64,000 nt of DNA, taken from the NCBI GenBank assembly GCA_964510925.1, contig CAZEDS010000001.1:27704-91703 (forward strand), written 5' to 3'. Positions 1 through 9,358 of this stretch are shown here, piece by piece. The DNA comes from an uncultured Candidatus Saccharibacteria bacterium (GTDB taxonomy: Bacteria > Patescibacteriota > WWE3 > 2-01-FULL-39-13). A model generated the notes under the pieces. It saw only the letters and a program-made list of their open reading frames with translations. It did not search any database and was not told where the DNA came from. Positions within the stretch are counted from its first letter, which is position 1; each line of letters begins with the position of its first letter. Position numbers and translations under genes: made by a program.

Positions 1-1242
1 AAATATCTCCGAATAATAAAACGAAAAATTTGGATAATATGAAAACAGCACTGCAAAATAATAAACAGACAAAACAAAAATAGATTTTTTTATTCCGACC
101 AAATCAAAAATAGACTTAAATCCAATTGCACAAATCACAGCCAGAGGTGGAAAAAACGTAATCATGTATCGATCAATCATTTTTCCAGGAATACTTAAAA
201 ACAAAAAATTAAACAAAAAATATAAAATTATCCAAGACAAAAAAAGTTGTGACCGAAAATCAATTGCCAATGACTTATTCCAATTTTTAATAAAAATAAA
301 AACTCCAACAAACATACTAAATAAAAATATCGGAGTACTTCGTAACATAAACATATAAGGATAAAAGAGATATTTGTAATTAAAATTTTCGCTAAAATCC
401 TCAAGATCACCTGAAACATCCAGCGCATTCTTAACAATCCCTTCATTATAAATTCGCTGCAAAACCGCTACTGGATCAACCCACATTGCAGGAAAAATCA
501 TATAAAAAACTATTAATGGAATAAAAGCATAAACCAAACATTTTTTAAAAATTGATAAAGTTATAATTTTTTTAGTTCTAAAGGCTAGTACAAAGTACAA
601 AAGTGAAAGATTAAAAATATATGCTCCGATTGAATCAATCTTTGTTAAAAATGCAAAACCAATCAATATAGATGAAAAAGCTAACAACTTAGTATTCTTT
701 GCACCATGAATTAAATAATCAGCAATAGCTAAAAATGAAGCATACATCAACATACTATTTATACCAGTTAGATGTAAAAATCGAGTTACACCTAAAAAAA
801 ACGGTTCAATCGATAATAAAATTATAAAAATAAAAGCAATTTTACTTGATAAGTTTTTCCTTATTACATAAAAGCAATAAGTCCCTAATAAGCTAATCAA
901 AAATACCAAAGGAAATATCGTCGCAAAATTTAATCGTGGAAATTGCGGTTGCACAAATCTCGGATTATACCCAAAAACAAATTCAAAAATAATCTGAAAA
1001 AAATAACTAGCAAATCCACTTACCCACATCATCAAAACCCCTGGATGATATTTTTGATATGTATCAAGATATTGCCCAGAACTTATTGCAATAACAAATC
1101 GATCTAATCGTGGATACCACAAAGTTGAATCGTAATTCGCAAGATCTCCGCCTAAACCAATTATCCTTGGTATAAAAAATACCAAAAATGCAATGAAATA
1201 AATTAAATATTTTTGATTAATTCTTAAAATCTTTATATTCAT
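1..1242 (-). CDS. GT-C family membrane glycosyltransferase paralog (PMT/ArnT-like), partial; C-terminus runs off the window start
   Basis: Reverse-strand ATG at 1242 gives MNIKILRINQKYLIYFIAFLVFFIPRIIGLGGDL..., clearly paralogous to the 1217..2794 product (shared IPRxIGLGGD, YHPGV, KMIDRY segments). The frame stays open to position 1. It is absent from the ORF track because no stop falls inside the window. Confidence 0.6.
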   Translation of the reverse strand, partial: MNIKILRINQKYLIYFIAFLVFFIPRIIGLGGDLANYDSTLWYPRLDRFVIAISSGQYLDTYQKYHPGVLMMWVSGFASYFFQIIFEFVFGYNPRFVQPQFPRLNFATIFPLVFLISLLGTYCFYVIRKNLSSKIAFIFIILLSIEPFFLGVTRFLHLTGINSMLMYASFLAIADYLIHGAKNTKLLAFSSILIGFAFLTKIDSIGAYIFNLSLLYFVLAFRTKKIITLSIFKKCLVYAFIPLIVFYMIFPAMWVDPVAVLQRIYNEGIVKNALDVSGDLEDFSENFNYKYLFYPYMFMLRSTPIFLFSMFVGVFIFIKNWNKSLAIDFRSQLFLSWIILYFLFNFLFLSIPGKMIDRYMITFFPPLAVICAIGFKSIFDLVGIKKSIFVLSVYYFAVLFSYYPNFSFYYSEIF

Positions 1243-2794
1243 TATTAATGCCTTCACATTTGTAAATCTTCACTATTGGGTAATCAAAAGGAAATTTTGG
1301 TGAAGAAATCTTTTCAAGAACACACGTTTTAGGAACAATATGATCCAACGATGGCCTAGCAACAATATAGTCAACATTTGCACCATTTGGTAAAAACTTC
1401 GGATTAGAATAAGTTTTTCCATAAAAAAATTTCCCGAAAGTATTCATCTGTTCACGATGCGACAAAACAACATTTAAATCAGCCGCTGAATTTTTTTTGT
1501 TTAGATATTCAGCAGCTTGGGCATAATATTCACCTCTATTTTTTACATCATATCCAAAGGCAGAAAAGCCCTTTGCACCTAGAATCGCATCAGAATAATA
1601 AAATGAATACACAGGATAATAACAATACAAAATAATAATGGTTTGTAAGATAAAAATTATTATGTGCGCTTTTTTTAACAATTCGGATTTAACATTCGAT
1701 AAAAAAAGCGCACACAACAAACACAACGATGGATAAAAATAAATAACATATCTATCAATCATTTTTCCTGGAGCTGTAAGCATTATCAGAAGCAATCCGA
1801 AATATATCCAATTATATAATTCAAGATTATCTTTAAATGATTTTTTATAACGAACAAAAAAAGCTATAAATGAAAAAGCTGAAACAACAACTAAAAAAAC
1901 AGAACTCCTAAAAAATATAAATGATGGATAAAATAACAAACCAAAATTAAAATTTGGAGCATCTCCCGCATCTTGTGTTGCTGTATCAAAAAAACCTTCA
2001 TCAATAATTCGTTTTGTAATTCCATACGGATCAACCCACATTGCAGGAAAAACCAAAACAAACACGCCAAACGAAATCAAAACATAAAACAAAATCTGCT
2101 TAATAAGCAAAAATAGTTTCTTTATCCATGGCTCGTCAATAAACGCTGTACGATACATCAAAAAAACAATGCTTACAATACCAGAAAGCACACCATCAAT
2201 TCTTGTTAAAACTGCTAGTCCACAAAAAATTGCCGACAATAAAAAATACTTAAATGCATCTTTTTTTTCATCCGCTAATTTTATGTAATATAAAATACTG
2301 AGAACAGATGCAAACATAAACATGGTTGTAAGAGCGGTCAAATGCAAAAATCTTGAAACACCCAAAAAGAATGGCTCAAAAGACAAAAGCACAACAAACC
2401 ACCATGCAACTTTATTATTTCTAAGATTTTTAATAAGAAAAAATTGATATGTTCCTAAAAGTGAAATAACAAAAACAAGCGGAAACACCGATACAAAGTT
2501 TATTTTAATAAATTGTTCTGCTAAATAATGTGGATCATAATGATATACAAATTTAAACATTGATTCAAAAGCGTATTTAGATAAGCCTGCGAGCCACATA
2601 ACTGTAACACCCGGATGATAATGCTCATAAGTTTTAATATAGTCACCTTTCAAAAATTCTTTAATAAAGTCATCTATTCTAGGATGCCAATAATAAGCTC
2701 CATCATAATTATTAATATCTCCACCTAAACCAATAACTCTTGGGATCAAAAATATTAAAAATACAAAAATATAAGGAGAAAATCTCTTAAGCAC
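1217..2794 (-). CDS. GT-C family polytopic membrane glycosyltransferase (dolichyl/undecaprenyl-phosphate-sugar dependent, PMT/ArnT-like)
   Basis: 525 aa with many TM segments and an N-terminal IPRVIGLGGD...YYWHPRID motif typical of GT39/GT83-like enzymes. Overlaps the downstream paralog by 26 nt. Confidence 0.7.
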   Translation of the reverse strand: MLKRFSPYIFVFLIFLIPRVIGLGGDINNYDGAYYWHPRIDDFIKEFLKGDYIKTYEHYHPGVTVMWLAGLSKYAFESMFKFVYHYDPHYLAEQFIKINFVSVFPLVFVISLLGTYQFFLIKNLRNNKVAWWFVVLLSFEPFFLGVSRFLHLTALTTMFMFASVLSILYYIKLADEKKDAFKYFLLSAIFCGLAVLTRIDGVLSGIVSIVFLMYRTAFIDEPWIKKLFLLIKQILFYVLISFGVFVLVFPAMWVDPYGITKRIIDEGFFDTATQDAGDAPNFNFGLLFYPSFIFFRSSVFLVVVSAFSFIAFFVRYKKSFKDNLELYNWIYFGLLLIMLTAPGKMIDRYVIYFYPSLCLLCALFLSNVKSELLKKAHIIIFILQTIIILYCYYPVYSFYYSDAILGAKGFSAFGYDVKNRGEYYAQAAEYLNKKNSAADLNVVLSHREQMNTFGKFFYGKTYSNPKFLPNGANVDYIVARPSLDHIVPKTCVLEKISSPKFPFDYPIVKIYKCEGINNEYKDFKN

Positions 2795-2837
2795 ACAACA
2801 ATTGTATCAATAATATAGGTAATTATAATAATTAAGC

Positions 2838-4064
2838 CTAAGCCTTAAGTTTAAAAAGCTTTGTAGATTCAGCAGATTTAATCCACGAAAACCAATATTC
2901 AAATGAAAAATCATCGATATTTTGACCATTAAATGAAATATCAATAAAACCGTCTTCATTACGAACCACCAAAGTATTTCCATTGGAGTCAATAAAATTA
3001 ACACTTTTTCCTAAAACCAAATCATCTGCTAAAAGACCATATTTTATACCCTGATTCTCAAAAGAAATAATACTTTTTTTAGCTGGGTAATCAGGTTGGT
3101 CATAACTTAAACCAAATTCCGAATAAACCTCATCAGAACTTTCATACTCTTTATATGGATTATTCTTATAATCACGAACATATCCTGTATCCGTTGTTAA
3201 CACCATCAAAGACGGTGCTCTTTTTTGAGCTTGAGAAAAAGTCATCAACTGAAAAGATAATGGTTCTAATTTACTCGCCACATTTGCTCCAACAATCGAT
3301 GTTCGTTCAACTTGTGACCAAAGAGATTCAGTTTCAACATCATAAAGAACTAAATTCGATTTATATAAAAGTCCGCTAACACCAAAAGTAATCATCCCAG
3401 AAGGAGTATCATTCGAATTCCTAGAAAAAACCAACGTAGTCCCAGTTAATGGACAATAAGTTACAGCAAAAGGACTCGCACCAATATTATCGTTTACAAC
3501 TTCGTGCCAAACCAAAATATTTAATGGATAAAATTTTGCTATATTTCCAATCTGAACAAAAACTCCTTTATCAGAATCAGTAAGCTCAAATTTATTAATC
3601 GAATTAGCCAAAACAAATTTAGGATTCTTAATTGCAGGAATCGCATCACGCGATGGACCGGCACTATATATTGTATCGAGATTTATTTGCGATTTAGAAA
3701 AATCAGTTTTTGGCCACATAGACTGAATATCCACTTTTTGGGTAGCTGTTTCTTTGTCTTCTATATCAAGCTGATTTTGTTCGAAATTGTATGCTCGACC
3801 CGTATAAATTGCTTTACGTGAATATATTTCAACAATCAAAAAGAATACTAAAATTCCTGCTATTACAATAAAAAGCCATAAAAATAAATTGTAAGCTCTA
3901 AAGAACAATGAGTTTTTTATATTACTAATTAATTCAGACTCATTAGTATCATTAATATTAAGCGATTTTACGCTAGAATTTGAAGCTGATTGAGTTGTTA
4001 ATATAGTCACGGCAGATTTCTTATTCACACATCTAATATACCAAAATTTAAAAGAATTAGACAA
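2838..4064 (-). CDS. hypothetical membrane-anchored extracytoplasmic protein (possibly DUF3179-like)
   Basis: 408-aa ORF with one N-terminal TM helix followed by a large hydrophilic domain. No catalytic motif recognised. Confidence 0.5.
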   Translation of the reverse strand: MSNSFKFWYIRCVNKKSAVTILTTQSASNSSVKSLNINDTNESELISNIKNSLFFRAYNLFLWLFIVIAGILVFFLIVEIYSRKAIYTGRAYNFEQNQLDIEDKETATQKVDIQSMWPKTDFSKSQINLDTIYSAGPSRDAIPAIKNPKFVLANSINKFELTDSDKGVFVQIGNIAKFYPLNILVWHEVVNDNIGASPFAVTYCPLTGTTLVFSRNSNDTPSGMITFGVSGLLYKSNLVLYDVETESLWSQVERTSIVGANVASKLEPLSFQLMTFSQAQKRAPSLMVLTTDTGYVRDYKNNPYKEYESSDEVYSEFGLSYDQPDYPAKKSIISFENQGIKYGLLADDLVLGKSVNFIDSNGNTLVVRNEDGFIDISFNGQNIDDFSFEYWFSWIKSAESTKLFKLKA

Positions 4065-4107
4065 AGATTATGATTTAAAACAGTGTCTGTTGTATAGTTA
4101 GTTTTAA

Positions 4108-5283
4108 ATGCAAAAAAACAATCACCCAACACAAATATTAATCATTGGAGGAGGATTCGCAGGACTAAATGCTTATACGCTCCTACAAAAAAATAATAAA
4201 GATCAGAAGCTATGTATTAAATTAATTTCTGAAAAAGATTATTTTTTGTTTACACCGCTACTACATGAAATCGCATCTAATAATTTATCCTACAAAAGCA
4301 TACAACAGCAGTTATCGGACGTAGTTAACTGCAATGATTTTATAAAGGCTAAAATCGAATACATAAATACAAAAGATAACGTAATTATTGATTCCAACCA
4401 AACCAAATACAATTTTGAATATTTAATTCTTGCAACCGGGGCAATTACAAATTATTTCAATACAATAGGAGCAAAAGAATTCACAATTCCACTAAAAACA
4501 TTCTCAGATGCTATAAAAATCTCAAAAGCACTTAATGATTTATGTTTACAGAATAAACAAATTAAAATTGCATTAATAGGGGCCGGTCCAACATCAATAG
4601 AACTTGCAACTGAAATCTCCAGTTATTTTAAAAAGAAAAATTTTCTAAATGGGCAAATCACAATAATCAATAAAGGGTCAATGCCCGTAGAAACCTTCCC
4701 TGAATTTATTCAAGCTGAAACAAAAAATGTTTTAGAAAAAAAACACATACGCGTAATAAATAATTGCATAGTATCCAAAATTGAAGATAAAAAAATCTTT
4801 ACATCAAATAATGAACAAATCGATTTTGATTTAGCAATTTGGACTGCCGGTGTAACGCCAAATTATCCGCAATTTGATATCACTTTAAAAACAGATATGC
4901 AAAAACGAATTATTACAAATCAATACCTTCAGCTTGAACAAGCAAATAATATTTATATAAACGGTGATATTTCTTCAATACAAATGCCAAACGAAACGAA
5001 ATCAGTGCCGATGCTAGCACAAGCCGCAGTACAAGAAGCCAAAATAACAGCACATAATATAATTCAACAAATCAACCAAAAACCATTAAGCCCATTCAAA
5101 TACGAATCAAAAGGATTATTAATTTCATTAGGCAAATACTCAGCGGCTGGTCAAATAGGAAATATCAAAATCACAGGATTCTTTGCTTGGATTATTTGGA
5201 GAACGATTTATCTTTTCAATTTTAAGTCTTGGAAAAAAAGATTTTCGATTGCTTACGAGTGGTCTATAAATTTATTTGAATAA
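4108..5283 (+). CDS. ndh: FAD-dependent pyridine nucleotide-disulfide oxidoreductase, type II NADH dehydrogenase (NDH-2)-like
   Basis: N-terminal Rossmann motif IIGGGFAGL, NDH-2 hallmark FTPLLHE, and second dinucleotide fold IALIGAGPTSIELATE. Confidence 0.7.
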   Translation: MQKNNHPTQILIIGGGFAGLNAYTLLQKNNKDQKLCIKLISEKDYFLFTPLLHEIASNNLSYKSIQQQLSDVVNCNDFIKAKIEYINTKDNVIIDSNQTKYNFEYLILATGAITNYFNTIGAKEFTIPLKTFSDAIKISKALNDLCLQNKQIKIALIGAGPTSIELATEISSYFKKKNFLNGQITIINKGSMPVETFPEFIQAETKNVLEKKHIRVINNCIVSKIEDKKIFTSNNEQIDFDLAIWTAGVTPNYPQFDITLKTDMQKRIITNQYLQLEQANNIYINGDISSIQMPNETKSVPMLAQAAVQEAKITAHNIIQQINQKPLSPFKYESKGLLISLGKYSAAGQIGNIKITGFFAWIIWRTIYLFNFKSWKKRFSIAYEWSINLFE

Positions 5284-5287
5284 AATA

Positions 5288-5449
5288 TTAGCCAACAAAT
5301 CCATAGCTATCATCAGAATCATCGGACTGTACATCTGAACCAGTCATAATTTCGGCATCTGATCCCCCCACGCTACAAGTATCAAGATCTACAGAATCAT
5401 TAGTATTGGACTCATCATCAATTGGTGGCATTTCTTCAAATTCGGTCAT
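5288..5449 (-). CDS. small highly acidic hypothetical protein (53 aa)
   Basis: Uninterrupted reverse-strand ORF (MTEFEEMPPIDDESNTNDSVDLD...) below the ORF-track size cutoff, in an otherwise empty 230-bp gap. Weak RBS. Confidence 0.25.
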   Translation of the reverse strand: MTEFEEMPPIDDESNTNDSVDLDTCSVGGSDAEIMTGSDVQSDDSDDSYGFVG

Positions 5450-5515
5450 AATTGCCCTACTTTAAAATTTATCAAATGACTTTCGACAATTAACAATTAA
5501 TTTTTTAATTTCATA

Positions 5516-6436
5516 TTAAAACTCATCATTTGCATAATCAGATAATTGATAAATAAAACCATTCTCAGCCCTTGTAAAATATTTCCCTTTTTCAAATTTA
5601 TAAATGGGCCTACCCATTATTGTATCGATTTGTTCCTGATCTTTAAATATATCTTTAAAAGGGGCTGCATAATACTCAATCTCATATTCTTTTTTAGTAT
5701 CTGAAAGAACACGAAGAGTTCCACCAGCACCAGTTGCATTCGCAGAAAGATATTCATCAAAATAGGTGTTCTTCCAAACGCCTATACCCTCACCATCCAT
5801 ATGGAATAAATTCCAGATTGTTGTTTCTGAATATTGATCTGCATGAATCAATGGCTTTTTAAGTTGATATTCATCATCCGTATTACCTGTAAAACTTGAA
5901 AGATCAACTACGGCCATAGACAATTGATCCTTACTTAAAAGAAAGGTAATGGTTTCAGGTTCATTCTCCAGATTTTGGTTGTCTATTTTTATTACAGGTC
6001 TCACAGCTGATACTACATGCCAACCACTAAAGTCCTTAGTCGTATCAATTTTAAGATCCACCGTATTAACTACATCACCTTGATAATAAAATTTAGCATC
6101 TGAATATTGTGGATAATTTTTCAACAATATATCTATAGGCCTAGAAATATCCTGTAATTCATTATTATATGCAACTTCCAAGTTAACCTGATCTTCGTAT
6201 TTGTAACCAACCTTTATAATATTATTTGAAAGTTGAAACTCCTTTAACACTTTCTCATTGTTTTTTTGTATATTAAGTTTATCCTTAGGCTCTTTATTAT
6301 TGATAACCTGTGTCGCACTCGGATCTTTATCTTCTGTTTTAGATATAAACCTATAAGCAGTTATACTAGAGACAAGAACAACTACAAAAACAATTATTAA
6401 AATATAATTTTTATTATTCATAATCCAATTGTACAT
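5516..6436 (-). CDS. hypothetical signal-anchored/secreted protein
   Basis: 306 aa with an N-terminal hydrophobic anchor (ILIIVFVVVLVSSITAY) and no recognisable domain. Confidence 0.5.
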   Translation of the reverse strand: MYNWIMNNKNYILIIVFVVVLVSSITAYRFISKTEDKDPSATQVINNKEPKDKLNIQKNNEKVLKEFQLSNNIIKVGYKYEDQVNLEVAYNNELQDISRPIDILLKNYPQYSDAKFYYQGDVVNTVDLKIDTTKDFSGWHVVSAVRPVIKIDNQNLENEPETITFLLSKDQLSMAVVDLSSFTGNTDDEYQLKKPLIHADQYSETTIWNLFHMDGEGIGVWKNTYFDEYLSANATGAGGTLRVLSDTKKEYEIEYYAAPFKDIFKDQEQIDTIMGRPIYKFEKGKYFTRAENGFIYQLSDYANDEF

Positions 6437-6482
6437 ACAAGCTATTATCGATACAACAACATGCGAAAACCTTTTATTTTCA

Positions 6483-7931
6483 TCAAACCTCAGATAATCG
6501 CCCTGCTTTCAAATTCAAAATTTTAGTAATACCTACACGTTCAACGAAAAATCTATCATGTGAAATTAAAAATAGTGTTCCATTAAAATTACGAAGACTT
6601 TCTTCAATAACTTCAGTTGTCTCAATATCTAAATGATTCGTTGGCTCATCTAAAATTAAGAGATCATAATCATTATAGGCAAAAATTGAAAATGCAAATC
6701 TAGCACGTTGTCCAGGACTCAAATGTCGAATTAACTTTCCTAAATCTTCTTTTAAAAATAAAAATCTTTTTAAATATCCAAAAGCCTTTCCATATTCACA
6801 TCCGGTTAATTCTATAAAATGTTCAAGAAGATTTTTAGAATGATCCAGCTGATCTAATCTCTGTGCAAAATAACCAACTTTAATATTGGGTCCAATAAAA
6901 ATACTTCCGGAAGTTAATGTTTCTATATCTTGAATGATTTTAACTAAGGTAGATTTTCCAGCACCATTTGGCCCAAACAGCCAAACTCGTTCCTTGCCAT
7001 ATACATCAAAAGATAGATCTTCAAATATTTTTTTCGTACCAAAATATTTTGAAGCGTTTAAAAATTTGATTACTAATTTATGCTTACTCAATTCAGTTTC
7101 AAAATTAACATCTGCAATTTTTTTGCTCTCGTATTTTTCTTTTGAATTACTTGTGACTTCACGTTCAATTCTTTTTTTAGCACTACTAACTGCTCTTCCT
7201 CGTTTTTTACCATCCTTTATTTTGTGTACATTTTCTAAAAGTTTTTCAAGTTGAGATTTCTTTTTTAAAAATTGAATATATTCTTGATCCCATTTATCGA
7301 TTAGCTTAAGTTTTTCTTCCCTATAAAAATCATAGTTCCCAGCGAAACGAATCAATTTTTTATTTTCAATCTCCCAAATTTCATCAACCGTGTTATTTAA
7401 AAATTCTCTATCATGTGAAATCATCGCAACTGTTTTTGGCAAGTGTTTTATATATTTTTCAAACCACATAATGCCTTCAATATCTAAATGATTAGTTGGT
7501 TCATCAATCAATAAAATAGTCGGATCCTCAAAAAGGATTTCAATCATCTTAAGCTTCATCTTTTGACCTTCGCTTAAAGTCTTTATTTCTTGATATGGAT
7601 CATAATTTTCAAATTTTAGCTGATTTAATAAAAGCTCAATCTTATAACTTTCCCAAGATTCCTCTAATAAGCCCTCTAAATATTCACCTACCATTTGATC
7701 AGGAAAGCTAAATTCTTGTGGTAAATATCCAATACGCTCGGACTCATAATTTATATTTCCAGCGGTAAGCTCTTCTATTCCAACAATTAGCTTTAACAAA
7801 GTTGTCTTTCCACAGCCATTTTTTCCAACAATCCCAATTTTGTGATTATTACCAAGTGCAAACTCCAATCCCTCAATAACAGGATCTCCAACAAATGCCT
7901 TAGTAATGTTTCTACCAGTAATCATGCGCAT
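6483..7931 (-). CDS. ABC-F family ATPase (tandem ABC domains, no TMD)
   Basis: Two Walker A motifs (GKNGCGKTT, GPNGAGKST), two ABC signatures (LSEGQKMKLKM, LSPGQRARFAF), and a charged linker between the domains. Confidence 0.85.
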   Translation of the reverse strand: MRMITGRNITKAFVGDPVIEGLEFALGNNHKIGIVGKNGCGKTTLLKLIVGIEELTAGNINYESERIGYLPQEFSFPDQMVGEYLEGLLEESWESYKIELLLNQLKFENYDPYQEIKTLSEGQKMKLKMIEILFEDPTILLIDEPTNHLDIEGIMWFEKYIKHLPKTVAMISHDREFLNNTVDEIWEIENKKLIRFAGNYDFYREEKLKLIDKWDQEYIQFLKKKSQLEKLLENVHKIKDGKKRGRAVSSAKKRIEREVTSNSKEKYESKKIADVNFETELSKHKLVIKFLNASKYFGTKKIFEDLSFDVYGKERVWLFGPNGAGKSTLVKIIQDIETLTSGSIFIGPNIKVGYFAQRLDQLDHSKNLLEHFIELTGCEYGKAFGYLKRFLFLKEDLGKLIRHLSPGQRARFAFSIFAYNDYDLLILDEPTNHLDIETTEVIEESLRNFNGTLFLISHDRFFVERVGITKILNLKAGRLSEV

Positions 7932-8009
7932 ATTATACTAAAATTAACGTTTCAGCCTATTTTTCTGCTAGGTTTGACAAACAGAACTAATTTAGAGACG
8001 ATTTATTTA

Positions 8010-9173
8010 ATGCAAAAAACAAAAGGTAAAAACTCAGGTCAAAAACTTTATGAAAGAAAAGATCTATTAACCCCTAATTTACTTTTATTTTCATTGTTTG
8101 CCTTAGGAATTACAACCTATGTTACATATGCAGCCGCATCTAGTTTTGTACCAAAAGTTACAGATGACTTTAAACACTTAGGACTGGTATTAGGTGATGA
8201 TGATGAAGACGACGATGATGACAAAGACGAGGACAAAGATGACGACAGAGATGATGATAAGAACGACGACAAAGACGAAGAAGATGATGATGACAAATCC
8301 GAGAAAGAAAATGAAAAACGAAAAGAAGAAGCCAAAAAAGAAGCAACCCGTAAAATTTACGAAAAGCGAAAAGCCGAAAGAAAAATAGAAACAAATAAAC
8401 AAAAAACAACAGAAAGAGTCACTAATGTTGATGGCACTTACTCAATAATCGAAAAAGAAATAGAAGGCACTGAAACAAAATACAAAGTCAAAACTTATGA
8501 TGCAAACAATAATTTGATTGGAAAAGGTGAAACAGAAACCAAAGATGGCGAGACAAAATCAGAATCAAAAACATACGATACAAATGGCAACACCCTAACC
8601 GAAGTTAAACTCGAAAGCAAAGATGGTAAAAAATTAGAACTTAAAACCAAACAAAACGGAACCGAATCCAAGGTTAAATTCGATGCTGAAAAACAAGAAT
8701 TAGAGATCGAAACAGAGGACAACGAAATAGATGATGATACTAACGAAATTAACGAAACTGAAAACACAGAATCTAAACTTAAGATTAAAGTTGTCGGCGA
8801 CTCATTTGAAATTTCACGAAAAGGAATAAACGCACAATCTAAATTCCCTCTCGTTGTTGATGAAACAACCGGTGCTATATTTGTAAAAACACCAAATGGT
8901 GAAGTTCAACTAAAAGCAATGCCTGACACAATCGTTGAAAAAGCCAAAGCAGCTAGCAACTTAGACACAATAGACACAGTAGAATTAAATGACTCAGCCG
9001 ATGAAGCCGACGATACAATTGAGTTCACATTAACAGGTACAAAATCTCAAAATTTATTAGGAGTTTTTGAGATGCAAATACCAACAACTGTTACATATGA
9101 TGCGAACACCGGTGAATTCATAAAAAGCGACCAAACACTTACGAATAGGATTATCGACCTATTCAGCTTTTAA
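8010..9173 (+). CDS. membrane-anchored protein with a poly-acidic (D/E) tract and K/E/T-rich repeats
   Basis: The track ORF 7842..9173 overlaps the ABC-F gene on the other strand. The in-frame Met at 8010 (MQKTKGK...) avoids the overlap. The product has an N-terminal TM, a roughly 40-residue Asp/Glu run, and repeated TYD(A/T)NGN..GETETKDGE modules. Confidence 0.55.
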   Translation: MQKTKGKNSGQKLYERKDLLTPNLLLFSLFALGITTYVTYAAASSFVPKVTDDFKHLGLVLGDDDEDDDDDKDEDKDDDRDDDKNDDKDEEDDDDKSEKENEKRKEEAKKEATRKIYEKRKAERKIETNKQKTTERVTNVDGTYSIIEKEIEGTETKYKVKTYDANNNLIGKGETETKDGETKSESKTYDTNGNTLTEVKLESKDGKKLELKTKQNGTESKVKFDAEKQELEIETEDNEIDDDTNEINETENTESKLKIKVVGDSFEISRKGINAQSKFPLVVDETTGAIFVKTPNGEVQLKAMPDTIVEKAKAASNLDTIDTVELNDSADEADDTIEFTLTGTKSQNLLGVFEMQIPTTVTYDANTGEFIKSDQTLTNRIIDLFSF

Positions 9174-9243
9174 TCAATCCAGCCAAATCACTTAAAAATC
9201 TTTATCCATTCGTAGGCTACGCCTTATCACTCACCCTATAGCA

Positions 9244-9272
9244 TTGACAAAAAGGCCTTCCTGACATATAAT
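9244..9272 (+). promoter_or_regulatory. sigma70-type promoter, consensus TTGACA-N17-TATAAT, upstream of the LPXTG protein gene
   Basis: Exact TTGACA at 9244-9249 and TATAAT at 9267-9272, 17-bp spacer, about 85 nt before the ATG at 9359. A GGA-containing RBS precedes the start. Confidence 0.5.
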
Positions 9273-9358
9273 CACCTGTTTTTAGAGATAGGAATACTTA
9301 GATTTGAGCCAAAAGCTTAAATCAAACAGTAGTAACTAATTTAAAGAAAGGACAGGGC

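Noticed and set aside
6934-7254. 106-aa plus-strand ORF
   Set aside because: It is inside the ABC-F ATPase gene on the opposite strand.
8117-8767. Several reverse- and forward-strand ORFs (8117..8335, 8170..8409, 8190..8402, 8194..8388, 8495..8767) encoding poly-Ser, poly-Phe or poly-Met peptides
   Set aside because: They arise from the low-complexity GA-rich coding repeat of the acidic protein gene (8010..9173) and are alternative-frame artefacts.
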